A stretch of DNA of 64,000 nucleotides from Coraliomargarita sp. (GCA_965216325.1 OZ244160.1:832001-896000), one strand, 5' to 3'. Counted from the first letter of the stretch, positions 1 through 11,531 are shown. Numbers and translations: made by a program. The notes: generated by a model from the letters alone, not told the origin.

Positions 1-1956
1 GCCCGGGTCGACTTCTTGAATGAAGCGGCTCGGGTTCATGCGAATTACATTATTACCCTTCTGATTCAGCATCGGATAGCTTAGGTAAAGCTCTTCCATT
101 GCACGTGTCGCAGCGACGTAGAATAGGCGGCGCTCTTCGTCCAAATCACCATCGTCGATGGTGCGTTGGAGCGGGAAGGTGCCATCGGCGAGTCCGAGAA
201 CGAAGACGACTGGAAATTCGAGTCCCTTCGCTTGGTGAATGGTTGTCAGACGCAGGCAATTCTTGAGCTCCTCAGGGCTGCGCTCGTTGCTTTCCGAGGC
301 GAGCAGCACGAGCTGCGCAAGCAGCTCCTCCATCGTTTCGTAGCGACTCGCGAAGCTGATCAGACTTTGTAGGTCGTCCTGGCGCTCGGTCCAGTTTGGA
401 TAGATTTCACGGATGAAGGTGCCATACCAGCCATCCAATCCGAGCTGGACGACTTCAGCCGGGGGCTGCTCAGAAAGTGCATTGGAGAGCTCACGAATGG
501 TTTCGGCCAGCGAGGGCCATTCTTCCTTCGCATCGGCAGGGACTTTCTTGAGTACGTCTTCGGAGACGAGTACATCGCAGAAATTCAGGGATTTCTTCTC
601 TGCCAGCTCACGGGTGAACTTGTGCAGGCGTTCGGCTGTTTTGGGTCCAACTTTGGGCAGCAGGGTGGTGAAGCGTGCAAAGGCGGAGACATCTGCCGGA
701 TTCGATGCAAAGCGTAGTTGCGCCGAGAAGTCCTTGATGTGTGCTTGTTCGAAGAAGCGCACTCCGCTGGTGATCTGGTAGTCGATGTTGCGGCGAGAGA
801 GCTCCATTTGCAGATCCATCGCCTGGAAGTGAGCGCGGTAGAGAATCGCGACATCGGACAAGTCGCGGCCTTCGTCGACCAGTGCCTGCAGGCGCTGAAG
901 AATGAAATTCGCTTGCGCACGGGTGTCCATGATCGGCACGAAGTAGGGGCGTGGGCCGGAGGGCTTTACCGCGCGAAGTTCCTTAGAATAGCCTTTGCCA
1001 ACTGTTTGACCTTCGAGCACAGCGTTGGCGAAATCCAGAATTTCAGGGGTGCTTCGGTAGTTGGTCTCAATTTTGTGGATGACCGCATCCTCATGGCGCT
1101 GGTCGAAACGCATGATATTGTCAAAGTCGGCCCCGCGCCATGTGTAGATGCACTGCGCGTCATCGCCAACGGCCATTATTTGGTGGTGGCTGCCAAAGCA
1201 ATCGACGATGTCGGATTGCAGCCGGTTGGTGTCCTGAAACTCGTCGACTAGAATGTGCTTAAAGCGCTCCTGATAAATGGCCGCTACATCCGGGTGCTCA
1301 CGCAGGAGCTTGAGTAGAAGCTCCAAGAGGTCGTCGTAGTCGACGACTTGCTGCTCGATCTTGATCTGTTGGAAGGTAGCGTGGATAGCGGCGATCTTTT
1401 CTGCCATATTATCCAAGAACGGGAAGTGCTCGTTGGCTTCTTCGACGACTGGGGTGCAGGTGTTGCGTGCGAAGCTAATGATGTTGGAGACGACCTTGGG
1501 CTTCGGATAGTTCTTGGTCTTGATGAATTTGGGATCGACTTGGTTGATTGCGTTCTTGAGCAGTGATTCGGCTTCGCCTTCGTCGAGAATGGTGTAGTTT
1601 TTCTTCAGGCCGATTTTCTCGCCATGCACGCGTAGGATGCGCGATGCGATACTGTGGAATGTGCCGCCCCACATCTGGCGACGGGAGATGGATGTCAGGT
1701 CCTCGACACGCTCGAGCATTTCGCGTGCTGCCTTGTTGGTGAAGGTGAGCAGCAGAATCTCATGAGGCTGCACGCCGGAGTGCAGCAAATAGGCGACGCG
1801 ATAGGTGAGGGTGCGCGTTTTGCCCGAGCCTGCGCCTGCTAAGACCAAGGCGGGGCCCGGATCGGCGGTCACTGCCGCGTATTGCTCATCGTTGAGCTCG
1901 GCGCGGAAATCGATCGGTGCAAAGGCAGTAGAAAAGGCGTCGGGAAAGTCGGACAT
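1..1956 (-). CDS. uvrD: UvrD/PcrA family ATP-dependent DNA helicase, 3' end outside the window
   Basis: Read by hand because it is absent from the ORF track (no stop in window): ATG at 1956, MSDFPDAF...LNDEQYAAV...[21 protein letters not shown] (SF1 motif I); near base 1 the same frame reads [13 protein letters not shown]...PSRFIQEV. Confidence 0.93.
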   Translation of the reverse strand, partial: MSDFPDAFSTAFAPIDFRAELNDEQYAAVTADPGPALVLAGAGSGKTRTLTYRVAYLLHSGVQPHEILLLTFTNKAAREMLERVEDLTSISRRQMWGGTFHSIASRILRVHGEKIGLKKNYTILDEGEAESLLKNAINQVDPKFIKTKNYPKPKVVSNIISFARNTCTPVVEEANEHFPFLDNMAEKIAAIHATFQQIKIEQQVVDYDDLLELLLKLLREHPDVAAIYQERFKHILVDEFQDTNRLQSDIVDCFGSHHQIMAVGDDAQCIYTWRGADFDNIMRFDQRHEDAVIHKIETNYRSTPEILDFANAVLEGQTVGKGYSKELRAVKPSGPRPYFVPIMDTRAQANFILQRLQALVDEGRDLSDVAILYRAHFQAMDLQMELSRRNIDYQITSGVRFFEQAHIKDFSAQLRFASNPADVSAFARFTTLLPKVGPKTAERLHKFTRELAEKKSLNFCDVLVSEDVLKKVPADAKEEWPSLAETIRELSNALSEQPPAEVVQLGLDGWYGTFIREIYPNWTERQDDLQSLISFASRYETMEELLAQLVLLASESNERSPEELKNCLRLTTIHQAKGLEFPVVFVLGLADGTFPLQRTIDDGDLDEERRLFYVAATRAMEELYLSYPMLNQKGNNVIRMNPSRFIQEVDPG

Positions 1957-2040
1957 GGCTAGGAATTAGGATGTGGATGCGATGCGGTGCAAAGCTAAAT
2001 ATCAAGTTGCGGTTTATGTGTGGAGTCTTTGCTTAATCGA

Positions 2041-3474
2041 ATGCAGATCATTCCGTCCTCTATGCTTCCTGAACGCGACAAGGAAAGCCTCCGTGCCTTC
2101 CTGAGTGGCTGCCGTGAAGCGGCCCAAGCGAAGGGGCATTTTCAGTTGGCGAGCATTTCCCTGTCGGTCAAACACATCGCCCCCTTGGCTGTGCTGGAGT
2201 CGATTTATGAGCCGGATGAATTGCACTTTTATGTGGAGCGTGCAGCTGCGGATGAAGCGATTGCTGGTGCAGAAGCCGTTGTGGGGGCAAGTTTTAGTGG
2301 AGCCAATCGCTTTGCAGAGGTGAAAGCCTTTGCGGATGAAATTCTGGCCAACACGATTGCAGTGGGTGATTTGGATAAGGCTTTTACCGGGCCGCACTTT
2401 TTTACGGCTTTCACTTTTGAAGATGAGGTGCCCGAAGGAGCTGCATTTCCTGCAGCGACAGTCTTTGTGCCGCGCTGGCAGGTGTCTAAATCGAAGGGAC
2501 AGTATGGTGCGGTTGCCAATCTCCGTGTGGATGCCGATAGCGATCTGGAGCTGCTGGTGGAGAAGGTATGGGGCGCCTATCAAAAATTTGCGGTCTTCGA
2601 TTATGCGCGGGAACCCGAGTGCCAGGAGGTGCCAGTCGCTGAGTTGCCGAAACAGGTTACGCGCACGGAGCTCAAGCCAGATGTTTATGCGCAGGCAGTG
2701 GAGCAGGCGATTGATGCGATTCGTCAGGGCGCTTATGAGAAGATTGTGCTCGCACGTGGGATTTCGCTGCAAGCGGATTGCCCATGGCAGCCTCTGCATG
2801 CCTTGAATCGTCTACGTGAGCGTTTCTCGGGGTGTTTTACATTTTCATTTGGAGGTGGGGCCGCACGCAGCTTTATCGGTGCGAGCCCGGAACGTCTGTT
2901 GCGTATTCGCAATGGGCAACTCGAGACCGAGGCCATTGCGGGGTCGGCACGTCGTGGTGCGAGTGCTGGAGAAGATGCCCGTTTAGCACGCGGTTTGCTG
3001 GAAAGTGAAAAGGACCTGCACGAGCACACCTGTGTGCGGGATTCGATTCTGCGTCGTCTCAGCAGTGTGGGAGTCGAGGCTGCGGCCGATGGCGCACCGC
3101 GTTTGCTACAGTTGGCCAATGTGCAGCACCTGCAAACACCGATTCATGCCGAAGTTGCGGATTCGGTTCATTTGCTGGATATTGTTCAGGAATTGCATCC
3201 CACGCCAGCAGTGGGCGGCACGCCTCGTGAGCAAGCGGTGCCACACATTGCCGAACTTGAACAGATCGATCGCGGCCTCTATGCGGGCGCAATCGGTTGG
3301 TTTAATCACCTGAACGAAGGGGAAATACTGGTCGGTATTCGTTCCGCATTGATCGAAGGTAAAGAAGCGAAACTCTATGCCGGTGCGGGGATCGTCGAAG
3401 GCTCGGATCCTGAGAAAGAAACCCGTGAGACCGAGATCAAATTGTCGGCCTTGTTGGATGTCTTTACGCCTTAG
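2041..3474 (+). CDS. menF: Isochorismate synthase (chorismate-binding enzyme)
   Basis: Motifs [56 protein letters not shown] at 2041 preferred to GTG at 2020. Confidence 0.85.
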   Translation: MQIIPSSMLPERDKESLRAFLSGCREAAQAKGHFQLASISLSVKHIAPLAVLESIYEPDELHFYVERAAADEAIAGAEAVVGASFSGANRFAEVKAFADEILANTIAVGDLDKAFTGPHFFTAFTFEDEVPEGAAFPAATVFVPRWQVSKSKGQYGAVANLRVDADSDLELLVEKVWGAYQKFAVFDYAREPECQEVPVAELPKQVTRTELKPDVYAQAVEQAIDAIRQGAYEKIVLARGISLQADCPWQPLHALNRLRERFSGCFTFSFGGGAARSFIGASPERLLRIRNGQLETEAIAGSARRGASAGEDARLARGLLESEKDLHEHTCVRDSILRRLSSVGVEAAADGAPRLLQLANVQHLQTPIHAEVADSVHLLDIVQELHPTPAVGGTPREQAVPHIAELEQIDRGLYAGAIGWFNHLNEGEILVGIRSALIEGKEAKLYAGAGIVEGSDPEKETRETEIKLSALLDVFTP

Positions 3475-3486
3475 CAGGTTGATTTT

Positions 3487-3562
3487 GTAGCATAGGCGTC
3501 TCGCTGTGTCACTCGAGTAGGAGGTGTATCCAGAAAGAAACAGGCAAGATTCCTGTTTCTAC
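3487..3562. repeat. GTAG-ended REP-like doublet (CAGGC..CCTGT family)
   Basis: GTAGCATAGGCGTCTCGC...GAAACAGGCAAGATTCCTGTTTCTAC between convergent genes; related copy at 15705-15765. Confidence 0.6.
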
Positions 3563-3564
3563 GC

Positions 3565-3942
3565 TTAACGGAACGTGGCATTCGGATCCGCTTCTTGGAT
3601 CATGCGGATCTGTTCGGCTGGAATGATTACCTTGTAGTCACGCTTGCCTTGCCGGTAAGTCAGAATCAGCAGATTACTCCGCTCGCTCTTTTCAACCTTG
3701 TAGACGTTTTCGATTACATAATCGAGGTCGCCTTTAACCGCAAACACATCGGCGCGATTCGATGTCGTGAAACGAAGCTCATCAAAGGTGGTGACCCATT
3801 GATCGGCGAAGTTTCCAGCATACTGCTTGCGCGCTAGGTTCGGATCTTCAACGAGTTTCAGTGTATGTGGTATATCGTTATGCGCAGATAAGCTAGCGCA
3901 CCAGAGTAGGGGGATGACTAATGTCGGGAGTAAGCGCTTCAT
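3565..3942 (-). CDS. Hypothetical secreted protein
   Basis: MKRLLPTLVIPLLWCASLSA is signal-peptide-like; 125 aa from ATG at 3942. Confidence 0.65.
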   Translation of the reverse strand: MKRLLPTLVIPLLWCASLSAHNDIPHTLKLVEDPNLARKQYAGNFADQWVTTFDELRFTTSNRADVFAVKGDLDYVIENVYKVEKSERSNLLILTYRQGKRDYKVIIPAEQIRMIQEADPNATFR

Positions 3943-3992
3943 ACTGTGAGAAGATGTGCGGATCACCTTATTCCGCAATTGGTGTGGACACT

Positions 3993-4042
3993 AAAAAAGC
4001 CGCCTCGATTGAGACGGCTTAAAAAGTGGCACACCTGCAGGG
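3993..4042 (-). repeat. 50-bp exact direct repeat of the tRNA-Arg 3' end plus terminator
   Basis: AAAAAAGCCGCCTCGATTGAGACGGCTTAAAAAGTGGCACACCTGCAGGG is identical at 3993-4042 and 4148-4197. Confidence 0.95.
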
Positions 4043-4147
4043 CTTGTTCCGAGCGCAGCGACAAGACCGGGCCCTGAGCTTGCGAAGGGAACCGGACCAC
4101 CGAAGGTGAAAAGTCCCGGAAAATTGCCTACCGCATCAGTCAGACAC

Positions 4148-4180
4148 AAAAAAGCCGCCTCGATTGAGACGGCTTAAAAA
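4148..4180 (-). terminator. Intrinsic terminator after tRNA-Arg
   Basis: Minus strand AAGCCGTCTC-AATC-GAGGCGGCTT followed by a T run. Confidence 0.8.
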
Positions 4181-4181
4181 G

Positions 4182-4258
<77 letters not shown>

Positions 4259-4352
4259 ATTTGAGGAAGGCGGGATAAAGACTGATTTTTAGAGGCAGAT
4301 CAAGCAGAACTTTCAAAAAAGTTGCAGTTTTGTGAACTTGCCCAAATCGCCT

Positions 4353-4712
4353 TTAGATCGGGCGTGCGTAAACCATTACTGCTGCGAGAATTCCGAGAAT
4401 CAGCAGAACCCACCAAAGTTTGCAGGCGCAGTCTGGTTTGCGGTTAATGACAGCAATCAGGCCGCCCAAAATGAGCCAAATGACCAATTTTACCAGGATC
4501 CAACCCTCGGTGAAGCTGTAGCCCATTTTGGAAATCAGGCCAAAACCAGCGATAAATACGATCAACAGACCAATACCACTGGTGATCGAGCCGAGCTTTT
4601 TGATACAGGCGTTATCGCTGCCAGAGAGGCTGCGGGCAATAAGGGCACCGTATCCCATGAAAATCATGAGGATACCGACGACGTGAAGGATGTGGTAGAT
4701 GTATGGAGGCAT
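4353..4712 (-). CDS. Small membrane protein, about 4 TM helices
   Basis: 119 aa with hydrophobic segments, an N-terminal HILH and a WILVKLVIW motif. Confidence 0.75.
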   Translation of the reverse strand: MPPYIYHILHVVGILMIFMGYGALIARSLSGSDNACIKKLGSITSGIGLLIVFIAGFGLISKMGYSFTEGWILVKLVIWLILGGLIAVINRKPDCACKLWWVLLILGILAAVMVYARPI

Positions 4713-4750
4713 TGGATTCGTTTTTAGTTAGAAGTGAGAAGTTTGTTGCT

Positions 4751-4826
4751 GACTACGAAAATCGCGAAATAAGCGAAAGCTACAGTGTAATATGTTCGTT
4801 TCGTGTTTTTCGCGTCTTTCGTAGTC
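4751..4826. repeat. Palindrome built from 9-bp tandem units
   Basis: GACTACGAAA ATCGCGAAA TAAGCGAAA ... TTTCGTGTT TTTCGCGTC TTTCGTAGTC. Confidence 0.8.
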
Positions 4827-4878
4827 GATTCTACGCCAGAACGCGTGTGTTCGCGGTGTAGACTTACCCGCTTGTAGC

Positions 4879-4915
4879 AAAAAGCAAGCCCGACACGGAT
4901 GAAAGTGTCGGGCTT
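4879..4915 (-). terminator. Intrinsic terminator downstream of hpf
   Basis: AAGCCCGACAC...GTGTCGGGCTT stem, with an A run on the + strand (U run on the transcript). Confidence 0.7.
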
Positions 4916-4995
4916 GGAAATGGATCAGATAGTCAGTGGGTGGGCGCTAGGTAGAGCGGATACTGATCTCTGTCATCTACTCTCTGGCCTCTGAA

Positions 4996-5361
4996 TCAAA
5001 CCGCCTTGGGGATCTCGGCCGGAATATCGACCATATGAGTATCCTTGCGCTTGACGCGCTTCAGCCGTGAGCGGCGACGCAACATTCGGTCGAGCTTCTG
5101 AACCATGTCGTCGATTGACTTGTAAAGATCGTCCGTGGCAGCGCTTGCAATGTGGTCATTGCCGCGCACTTCAAGGTGTCCCTTCGCAATAAATTCTTTC
5201 TGGTGGGACTTATTGTGACTGTCATATTCGAGCTCAACGCGCATACGGATGATATGGTCGTCGTGTTCGAACAGCTTCTCTGCCTTCTGGTGAACCACAT
5301 TTTTGATCGCATCGGTCAGTTCCATGTTGAGGCCGGAGATGATGACGTCATGTTGCTTCAT
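4996..5361 (-). CDS. hpf: Ribosome hibernation promoting factor (HPF/RaiA)
   Basis: ISGLNMELTDAIK...KL...DLYKSID...KLDRMLRR; ATG at 5361. Confidence 0.9.
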   Translation of the reverse strand: MKQHDVIISGLNMELTDAIKNVVHQKAEKLFEHDDHIIRMRVELEYDSHNKSHQKEFIAKGHLEVRGNDHIASAATDDLYKSIDDMVQKLDRMLRRRSRLKRVKRKDTHMVDIPAEIPKAV

Positions 5362-5441
5362 TATTATTACCTTTCGTTTGTGGTTTTGGTTTTTAACGAA
5401 GACCGCAGCCTTCGCCGCTTCGTTCCATCTGAGCAAAAAAA

Positions 5442-6275
5442 ATGCCAAGACCTAATCGACTCCTTAAGGAATACTTCGACCGCGTCTCCGTAATCATCAT
5501 TACGGGCGGTTCGTCAGGTATTGGCACTGCTCTCATCAAAGCAATTATTACGTTACGAAAGGATCTGGTGATATGCAACCTTTCTCGGTCAAAACCGGAC
5601 TTTTTTTTAGGTGAGCAGGGGCACCATATCGAGACGGATCTATCCGATCAATCCGCTCTGGAAAGGGCCTCAGAGCAGCTTCAGGAGATTTTGGGGGCGG
5701 CGCCTAAGGGAGAGCTTTTACTAATTAATAACAGTGGCTTTGGTGACTACGGTTTACTGCCTGAATTAAGCGTTGAAAAACAGCTGCGAATGGTCGATCT
5801 GAACATCAAGGCGATCATCGATTTAACCATGCGTCTGCTGCCTGCTTTAGAGCAACGCGGGGGCGCGGTGATGAACATCGCTTCGACGGCAGCTTTCCAA
5901 CCCACGCCCTTTCTGGCGACCTATGGAGCGACCAAGAGTTTTGTGCTGCATTGGACGCTTGCGCTTAATGATGAGTGGCGGGGGACCAATATGCGGGCTG
6001 TGGCTGTATGCCCAGGGCCCACACGATCCAATTTCTTCAAAGCAGCGGGTTTTGATACGCCGCCGATGCAGGGGGGCGTAAATGGTTTTCTGGATATGAC
6101 TGCGGAGCAAGTCGCGGATCTTAGTTTATCTGGGCTTGTACGTGGCAAATCGCTCGTGGTGACTGGTTGGAAAAACCGTCTGATCGCAAGCTTTGGTGGT
6201 GTGGTGTCGAAACGCCTTTCGACACGGATTGGTGGTGCTATTTTGCGCAAGCTACGCTTAGAGGCGCATAAGTGA
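5442..6275 (+). CDS. Short-chain dehydrogenase/reductase
   Basis: TGGSSGIG, NNSG, catalytic YGATK, CPGPT. Confidence 0.92.
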   Translation: MPRPNRLLKEYFDRVSVIIITGGSSGIGTALIKAIITLRKDLVICNLSRSKPDFFLGEQGHHIETDLSDQSALERASEQLQEILGAAPKGELLLINNSGFGDYGLLPELSVEKQLRMVDLNIKAIIDLTMRLLPALEQRGGAVMNIASTAAFQPTPFLATYGATKSFVLHWTLALNDEWRGTNMRAVAVCPGPTRSNFFKAAGFDTPPMQGGVNGFLDMTAEQVADLSLSGLVRGKSLVVTGWKNRLIASFGGVVSKRLSTRIGGAILRKLRLEAHK

Positions 6276-6278
6276 GAG

Positions 6279-6358
6279 TGGAGGGCAACGCTCCGTCGTT
6301 GCCGTTCGGAGTTGCTTGCTTTGGCGCGGTGGTGGCAATGACGGAGCATTGCCCTCCA
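6279..6358. repeat. GGAG-ended REP doublet (REPIN-like)
   Basis: TGGAGGGCAACGCTCCGTCGTTGCC...GGCAATGACGGAGCATTGCCCTCCA; copies at 49734-49814 and 55113-55175. Confidence 0.85.
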
Positions 6359-6363
6359 TGTTA

Positions 6364-9300
6364 CTAGCGTTTGAGCTGACGGGAAATGTCGTCAGCGAGT
6401 TTTTCGAGGCGCTTTTCGGATACCTTTTGCGCAGTACCGAGCTCTTGGGCGTAGACGGAGACCTTGAATTCTTCCAATAGCAGTTGATAAGGCCGCACCA
6501 GCGCTTTGTGTGCATCGGTTTTTGCCTGCTTGTTCAGCTGGGCAAGTTGTTGCTCAAAGGGTGCTACACGCTTGGACTTCTCCATGTCGCCTTGAATGTT
6601 GGCTTTGGCGCGCTCGGCGCGAATCATCATGGCCTTCAGGAAACGGGTGAGATGTGGCAAGTCGCTAAACGCGCTACGCTCCAGTAGATCTCTCGGTGCG
6701 AGCTGTTCCATGTGCGCGCGCATACCTGGATAACAAATCGCTTGAGCGGTTTGCTTTTTCTCGAGCAGGAGTTCAACCGCAAGGCGTGCTTCGAGGAGCT
6801 TACGTAGTTGGTCGATGAGTTGCTGGATGATGCCGCGGCGCTCTTGATCAGCGCGGGCCTGCACTTTTTCAAAGCGGCTTTGCTTGAGTGGCAAATGCAC
6901 TCCGGTGCGGAACAGGTGACGGCGTAGGTGCGCCCACGCAGGAGCTTTCAACTTGTCAACGCTACCGAGCGGTAGGAGTAAGGTTCCCAGTTGCTTGAGG
7001 TCTTTGAGGTCGCGACGCAGCCAACCAAGCTCACGGCCCATGACGATCTCGCCCAGTGCAGGCCAGCCGTTTTCGGTGGCGGCTTGTGCAGACTCGAGGT
7101 CAGGCAGTAACCTTAGGTGCACTTGCTCCTTCTCTTCAACCAGTGCGGGGTAGGCTTTGAGTGGGAGTCCTGCTTCGCCCGAGAGATCAACACACTCAGG
7201 AAGGTCGCCGAAGTCCCAGGTACTCAGATTCTCGCGTTCGTATTTCGCGGTGGCTTGTTGCCATGCTGGAATGCTTTCGAGTCCGCTACCTTTGGCGACT
7301 TGTTGCTCCTGTTCTTCGAGAGCGTCACGTAGTGCGCTGAGTTCGCGTCCGGTTGCGAGCACTTCGCCCTTCGCGGTGCTGACTTGGATGCGTGGCTTGA
7401 GGTAGTCTGGGATCTCGGTGCGAGACCAGTCTTCGCGATTGGTTAGAATCTTGTATTCAGATTGTAAATACGCCGAGAGCGTTTCACGCAGTGGCTTGTT
7501 GGAGGGCTTGATCTGTTGGCTGATTTGCACTGCACGTTCTTTGAGTGGGTGCAGGCTTACGCGAATTGCTTTCGGTAGGCCGCGCAGTAAGCTCTCGATC
7601 TTTTCTTCGAGGTGTCCGGGGACTGCCCAGTCGAGCACGCCTTGCTGAATAGCGCCGAGTTGGTTGATGGCTACCTGAACTGTCACTCCGTCGTCTTCGC
7701 CGCCCGGATCATGTCGGTAGTGTAGGGGCAGGGTGCTGCCGCCAATGTTGACTGCTTTCGGGAAGGCCTCGCCGAGATCATTCTCACTGCTTTCGGGGAG
7801 GAGGTCGTCCAAGCGTGCTTTGAGGAAGTCGAGGTTGCCGCCGTATTGCTCTTTGGCGAAGCGGCGCAGTTCGGCATAGGAACCGACTGCTTTGAGGCGA
7901 TTGTGATAAAAGTCGAAGAGACGATCCTCGATGGTGAGGCCGGAGCCCATACGACGACGTGCGAGTTCGGACTCGGCTTCTTCGGCGAGTTGTGTGTTTG
8001 CCTTAAGGAAGTCCGGGCGCTCGCGGATGCCTTGCTCGATCAGGCCATTGCGAATGAAAATTCGAGTTGATTCGGCAGGATCGAATTTGGTCAGCGAGAC
8101 ATTGCTGCGCGCAATCTCGAGGCCGAAGAGTAGTTTGCGTTGCTTACATTGAGCGGCGCAGGCTTTGGTGCTCCAGAAGGGCTCAGAGTGTTTGGCTTGA
8201 ATGAGGTCGCCTGCGACTTCTTCAATCCAGCGGGCATCGATCTTTGCTGCGGTGCGTGCAAATAGGCGACTTGTTTCCATCCATTCGCCGCAGACAATCC
8301 AATCAGGGGCGGAGGTCTTAGCTGGCTTAACTTTGCCTTTCTTCTGGTAAGAGGCCTTACGCTGCTTCTTGGCCGTCTCGTGGTCGAAGAGTGCCGAGCC
8401 CGGGAACAGCATGGCCTTGCGATTGCGCGGGCCGCGGTAGTTGTGCTCCTCTTCTTTGATTGCCAGATTACTGAGCAGCCCGCTCATTATGCTTCGATGA
8501 ATCGCAGCATATTCGCTTCGCTCGAACGTCGAACTTTGAACATCGGACGTCCAATGTTGAACGCTTTCGGTTTCGTATGTCTTCGATGTTCGACGTTCAG
8601 TGTTCGATGTTGAACGTTCCACTCTCAGCTTCAAAATTCTTTGAAGCTGAGAGTGGATGTCGCGCCATTCGCGCATGCGCTGATAAGAGAGGAAGTGCGC
8701 TTTACAGAACTTGCGCAGCTTGCGCTGCGAGAGTTCGTCCATCTTGTCGTGGTAGGCATTCCAAATGTTCAGCAGGGTGAGGAAGTCGGAGTCCTTATTG
8801 ACGAAGCGGCGCTGCATTTCGTCGGCTTCCTTTGCGAGCTCGGATGGCCGTTCGCGCGGGTCCTGAATCGATAGTCCGGATGCAATGACTAGCACATCGG
8901 CGACGGCATTCTCACGCTGTGCTTGCAGCAACATGCGCGCGACTGTTGGGTCGACGGGAATGTGGGCAAGACGACGTCCGAGCTTTGTTAGACGGTAGGC
9001 GTCTTCGTTGCCTTTGTTGATGTCGGAAAAGACGGCGCCGAGCTCGGAGAGTAGTCGATAGCCCCCACGGATGGAATTATCCGCTGGAGGCTCGATGAAC
9101 GGGAAGGTGCGCACATCGCCTAAGCGAAAGGCCATCATGCGCAGGATGACCGCGGCTAGATTGGAGCGATGAATCTCCGGTGTGGTGAAACGTGGACGTG
9201 CGTTGTAGTCTTCTTCTGAATACAGACGATAGCATACGCCATTGCTGACACGACCACAGCGGCCCTTGCGTTGGTCTGCGCTCGATTGAGCCACGGGCTC

Positions 9301-10326
9301 GATGGGGAGACGCTGTGTGCGCGAGTGTGGACTGTATCGACTAATGCGTGCGAGTCCGGCGTCGACCACGTAGCGAATGCCTGGCACGGTGAGTGAGGTT
9401 TCTGCGATGTTGGTCGAGAGGATAACCCGTCGGCGTCCAGCGGGATGAAAGATCCGCTGTTGGTCAGCGTTGGCGAGTCGCCCGTAAAGAGGAAGAATAT
9501 CGCAGGAACGCGCAGGGGAGTCTTCGAGCAGGCGACGCAGTTCGTGGATGTCGCGCTCGCCCGGAAGGAAGGCGAGGATGTCACCCTCGCGATTGTCGCG
9601 TAGGATGTCGCCTATGACTTCGGCTGCGGCTTCGATAAAGGTAAAATCTTTGCCTTGGGCGGCTTCCTGAACGTCTTCGACTGGGCGGTAGATCAGCTCG
9701 ACGGGATACATGCGCCCGGAGACTTCGATAATCGGCGCGTTGTTGAAGGCCTTGGAAAAGGTCTCGGTGTCGATCGTGGCTGAGGTGATGACGATCTTGA
9801 GGTCTTTGCGTTTGTCGGCGAGTTTGCGTAGGAAGCCGAGAATGAAGTCGATGTTGAGGCTGCGCTCGTGGGCTTCGTCGATGACGATGGCTTCGTAATC
9901 TTTGAGCAGCGGGTCATCCTGAATCTCGTTGAGCAAGATACCATCAGTCATGACCTTGATGGCGGTTTCCTTGCTGGTCTGGTCGGTGAAGCGGATCTTG
10001 GCGCCGACTTCGTTGCCGAAGTTGACCTTGAGCTCTTCGGCGATGCGTTGCGCAACCGAGAGCGCTGCGACGCGGCGTGGCTGAGTACAACCGATGAGAC
10101 CCTTTTGGCCAAGGCCGCACTCGAGGAGAAATTTTGGGATCTGTGTCGTCTTCCCAGAGCCGGTTTCGCCTGCGATGACGACGACCTGATGGTCGCGCAC
10201 GGTGCGAACGATCTCCTCGCGCCGCGCGTGGATTGGGAGTTCGTTGCTGTAAATGGGGTGGAGCTGGGAGGTGCGGCGCGGGGACGCGCCTGCGCTACCT
10301 TCCTTGGGGGACGCAGTCGGTTTCAT
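6364..10326 (-). CDS. hrpA: ATP-dependent RNA helicase HrpA
   Basis: [46 protein letters not shown]-terminal [15 protein letters not shown]. Confidence 0.95.
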   Translation of the reverse strand: MKPTASPKEGSAGASPRRTSQLHPIYSNELPIHARREEIVRTVRDHQVVVIAGETGSGKTTQIPKFLLECGLGQKGLIGCTQPRRVAALSVAQRIAEELKVNFGNEVGAKIRFTDQTSKETAIKVMTDGILLNEIQDDPLLKDYEAIVIDEAHERSLNIDFILGFLRKLADKRKDLKIVITSATIDTETFSKAFNNAPIIEVSGRMYPVELIYRPVEDVQEAAQGKDFTFIEAAAEVIGDILRDNREGDILAFLPGERDIHELRRLLEDSPARSCDILPLYGRLANADQQRIFHPAGRRRVILSTNIAETSLTVPGIRYVVDAGLARISRYSPHSRTQRLPIEPVAQSSADQRKGRCGRVSNGVCYRLYSEEDYNARPRFTTPEIHRSNLAAVILRMMAFRLGDVRTFPFIEPPADNSIRGGYRLLSELGAVFSDINKGNEDAYRLTKLGRRLAHIPVDPTVARMLLQAQRENAVADVLVIASGLSIQDPRERPSELAKEADEMQRRFVNKDSDFLTLLNIWNAYHDKMDELSQRKLRKFCKAHFLSYQRMREWRDIHSQLQRILKLRVERSTSNTERRTSKTYETESVQHWTSDVQSSTFERSEYAAIHRSIMSGLLSNLAIKEEEHNYRGPRNRKAMLFPGSALFDHETAKKQRKASYQKKGKVKPAKTSAPDWIVCGEWMETSRLFARTAAKIDARWIEEVAGDLIQAKHSEPFWSTKACAAQCKQRKLLFGLEIARSNVSLTKFDPAESTRIFIRNGLIEQGIRERPDFLKANTQLAEEAESELARRRMGSGLTIEDRLFDFYHNRLKAVGSYAELRRFAKEQYGGNLDFLKARLDDLLPESSENDLGEAFPKAVNIGGSTLPLHYRHDPGGEDDGVTVQVAINQLGAIQQGVLDWAVPGHLEEKIESLLRGLPKAIRVSLHPLKERAVQISQQIKPSNKPLRETLSAYLQSEYKILTNREDWSRTEIPDYLKPRIQVSTAKGEVLATGRELSALRDALEEQEQQVAKGSGLESIPAWQQATAKYERENLSTWDFGDLPECVDLSGEAGLPLKAYPALVEEKEQVHLRLLPDLESAQAATENGWPALGEIVMGRELGWLRRDLKDLKQLGTLLLPLGSVDKLKAPAWAHLRRHLFRTGVHLPLKQSRFEKVQARADQERRGIIQQLIDQLRKLLEARLAVELLLEKKQTAQAICYPGMRAHMEQLAPRDLLERSAFSDLPHLTRFLKAMMIRAERAKANIQGDMEKSKRVAPFEQQLAQLNKQAKTDAHKALVRPYQLLLEEFKVSVYAQELGTAQKVSEKRLEKLADDISRQLKR
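8524..8619. repeat. Heptamer palindrome lying in frame within hrpA
   Basis: GAACGTC GAACTTT GAACATC GGACGTC CAATGTT ... GATGTTC GACGTTC AGTGTTC GATGTTG AACGTTC; same unit family as 22851-22978 and 24230-24349. Confidence 0.88.
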
Positions 10327-10358
10327 TCTAACTTCTGGCTTCTGACTCCTGACTTCTA
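10327..10358. repeat. Single heptamer arm abutting the hrpA start codon
   Basis: TCTAACT TCTGGCT TCTGACT CCTGACT TCTA. Confidence 0.75.
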
Positions 10359-10383
10359 ATCGCGACGCGATGAGCGTTGCGAT

Positions 10384-11361
10384 TTACTCATCCTCGCTTT
10401 CGTTCATGAAAGCCCAGATCGTGTGACGGCCGTAAGGGCGGATGTGTGCGACGTAGTCCTCTTTCTTATACTGAATTGGAATGTCGGGCACGGCCTTGTC
10501 GACATAGACGCGGCCTGCTGGGCAGGCGCCGCAGAGCCGGCTGGCGATATTGATACTGCGGCCGATGTAGTCGTTGCCGGACTCCAAGTGACTCGCGAGA
10601 CCGAAGCCGATGCCCGCGCCGATGCCTTCGGGGGCACCATGGGTAAAGTGCGGGCCATCGCTGACAATTTTCCAGCGGTCCTTGAGGGAGAGGCAACCAC
10701 CGATGGCGACATTGACTGCGATTTCACGGTCGTTCGGATTCGTTTCCCAGATCGCGACGACACCGTCGCCGACCAGTTTGACGAGATCGGGCGGGAAGCG
10801 CTCAAAGGATTTGCCCACCATATTATAGAAGGCTGACATGAGTCCACAGGTGTAGGGCGACTCGATGTTGGGCTCTTCGCAGAATAGACTGAAGCCGCGA
10901 ATATCAATGACTACCGCGAGCACCTCACAGGGCTTGCCGAATTCGACCTCGCTTTCACCGCTATCGATGAAGGGGTAGTCCGAGTAGAGGCTTTCCTCAA
11001 ACTGGTAGTAGGTCGCCTTGTCGACCGAGTCGCTGTAGAAGCTCAGGCCTTGCTGGTAGCGGTCGTAAGTCTTCGGGCGATATTGCAGTTCGGAGATGCT
11101 GTAGCCCTCGTTATATTGCGAGCGGCTGGTGTAGAAGCGTGCGGAGTATTTGCGCACCCGGCGCTCTTTGCCTTCAAGCTTTTTGAGAACGTTTGCGACG
11201 TTGGGTTCGTCGAGCACGATAAATGCCTCGTAGCCATCGATTGTGAAATACACGTGACGGTATTCCGGATGGACGGTTTGAAAGCGGCTACAGATATCCC
11301 AGAAATCGCTGAAGGTGAGGTCTGGGATCGGATAGTGCCGACGTATGATGGTGGAAGGCAT
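10384..11361 (-). CDS. Class III adenylate/guanylate cyclase domain protein, soluble, with unassigned N-terminal domain
   Basis: IDIRGFS, KLVGDG, DYIGRSINIASRL. Confidence 0.82.
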   Translation of the reverse strand: MPSTIIRRHYPIPDLTFSDFWDICSRFQTVHPEYRHVYFTIDGYEAFIVLDEPNVANVLKKLEGKERRVRKYSARFYTSRSQYNEGYSISELQYRPKTYDRYQQGLSFYSDSVDKATYYQFEESLYSDYPFIDSGESEVEFGKPCEVLAVVIDIRGFSLFCEEPNIESPYTCGLMSAFYNMVGKSFERFPPDLVKLVGDGVVAIWETNPNDREIAVNVAIGGCLSLKDRWKIVSDGPHFTHGAPEGIGAGIGFGLASHLESGNDYIGRSINIASRLCGACPAGRVYVDKAVPDIPIQYKKEDYVAHIRPYGRHTIWAFMNESEDE

Positions 11362-11441
11362 GAAGAATTGTAAAAACGAACCATGACTCTTGCGCGGCAG
11401 GGCATGGAATCAAGAGTAATTCGGCTATGCTTTGTACAGAG

Positions 11442-11508
11442 TCTTAATCTTAATCCTACTCATAATCTTAATCGACACGTGAGATTAAGATTATGAGTAG
11501 GATTAGGA
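11442..11508. repeat. Palindrome built from hexamer units
   Basis: TCTTAA TCTTAA TCCTAC TCATAA TCTTAATC, loop, GATTAAGA TTATGA GTAGGA TTAGGA; 25 of 26 stem positions are complementary. Confidence 0.85.
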
Positions 11509-11531
11509 ATTGGGTGCACCTCAATGGGCAC

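Noticed and set aside
166..1842. Short ORFs over the first 2 kb, and long antisense ORFs elsewhere (20913-21908, 51085-52104, 14276-15061)
   Set aside because: Shadow frames of well-supported genes, with no motifs of their own.
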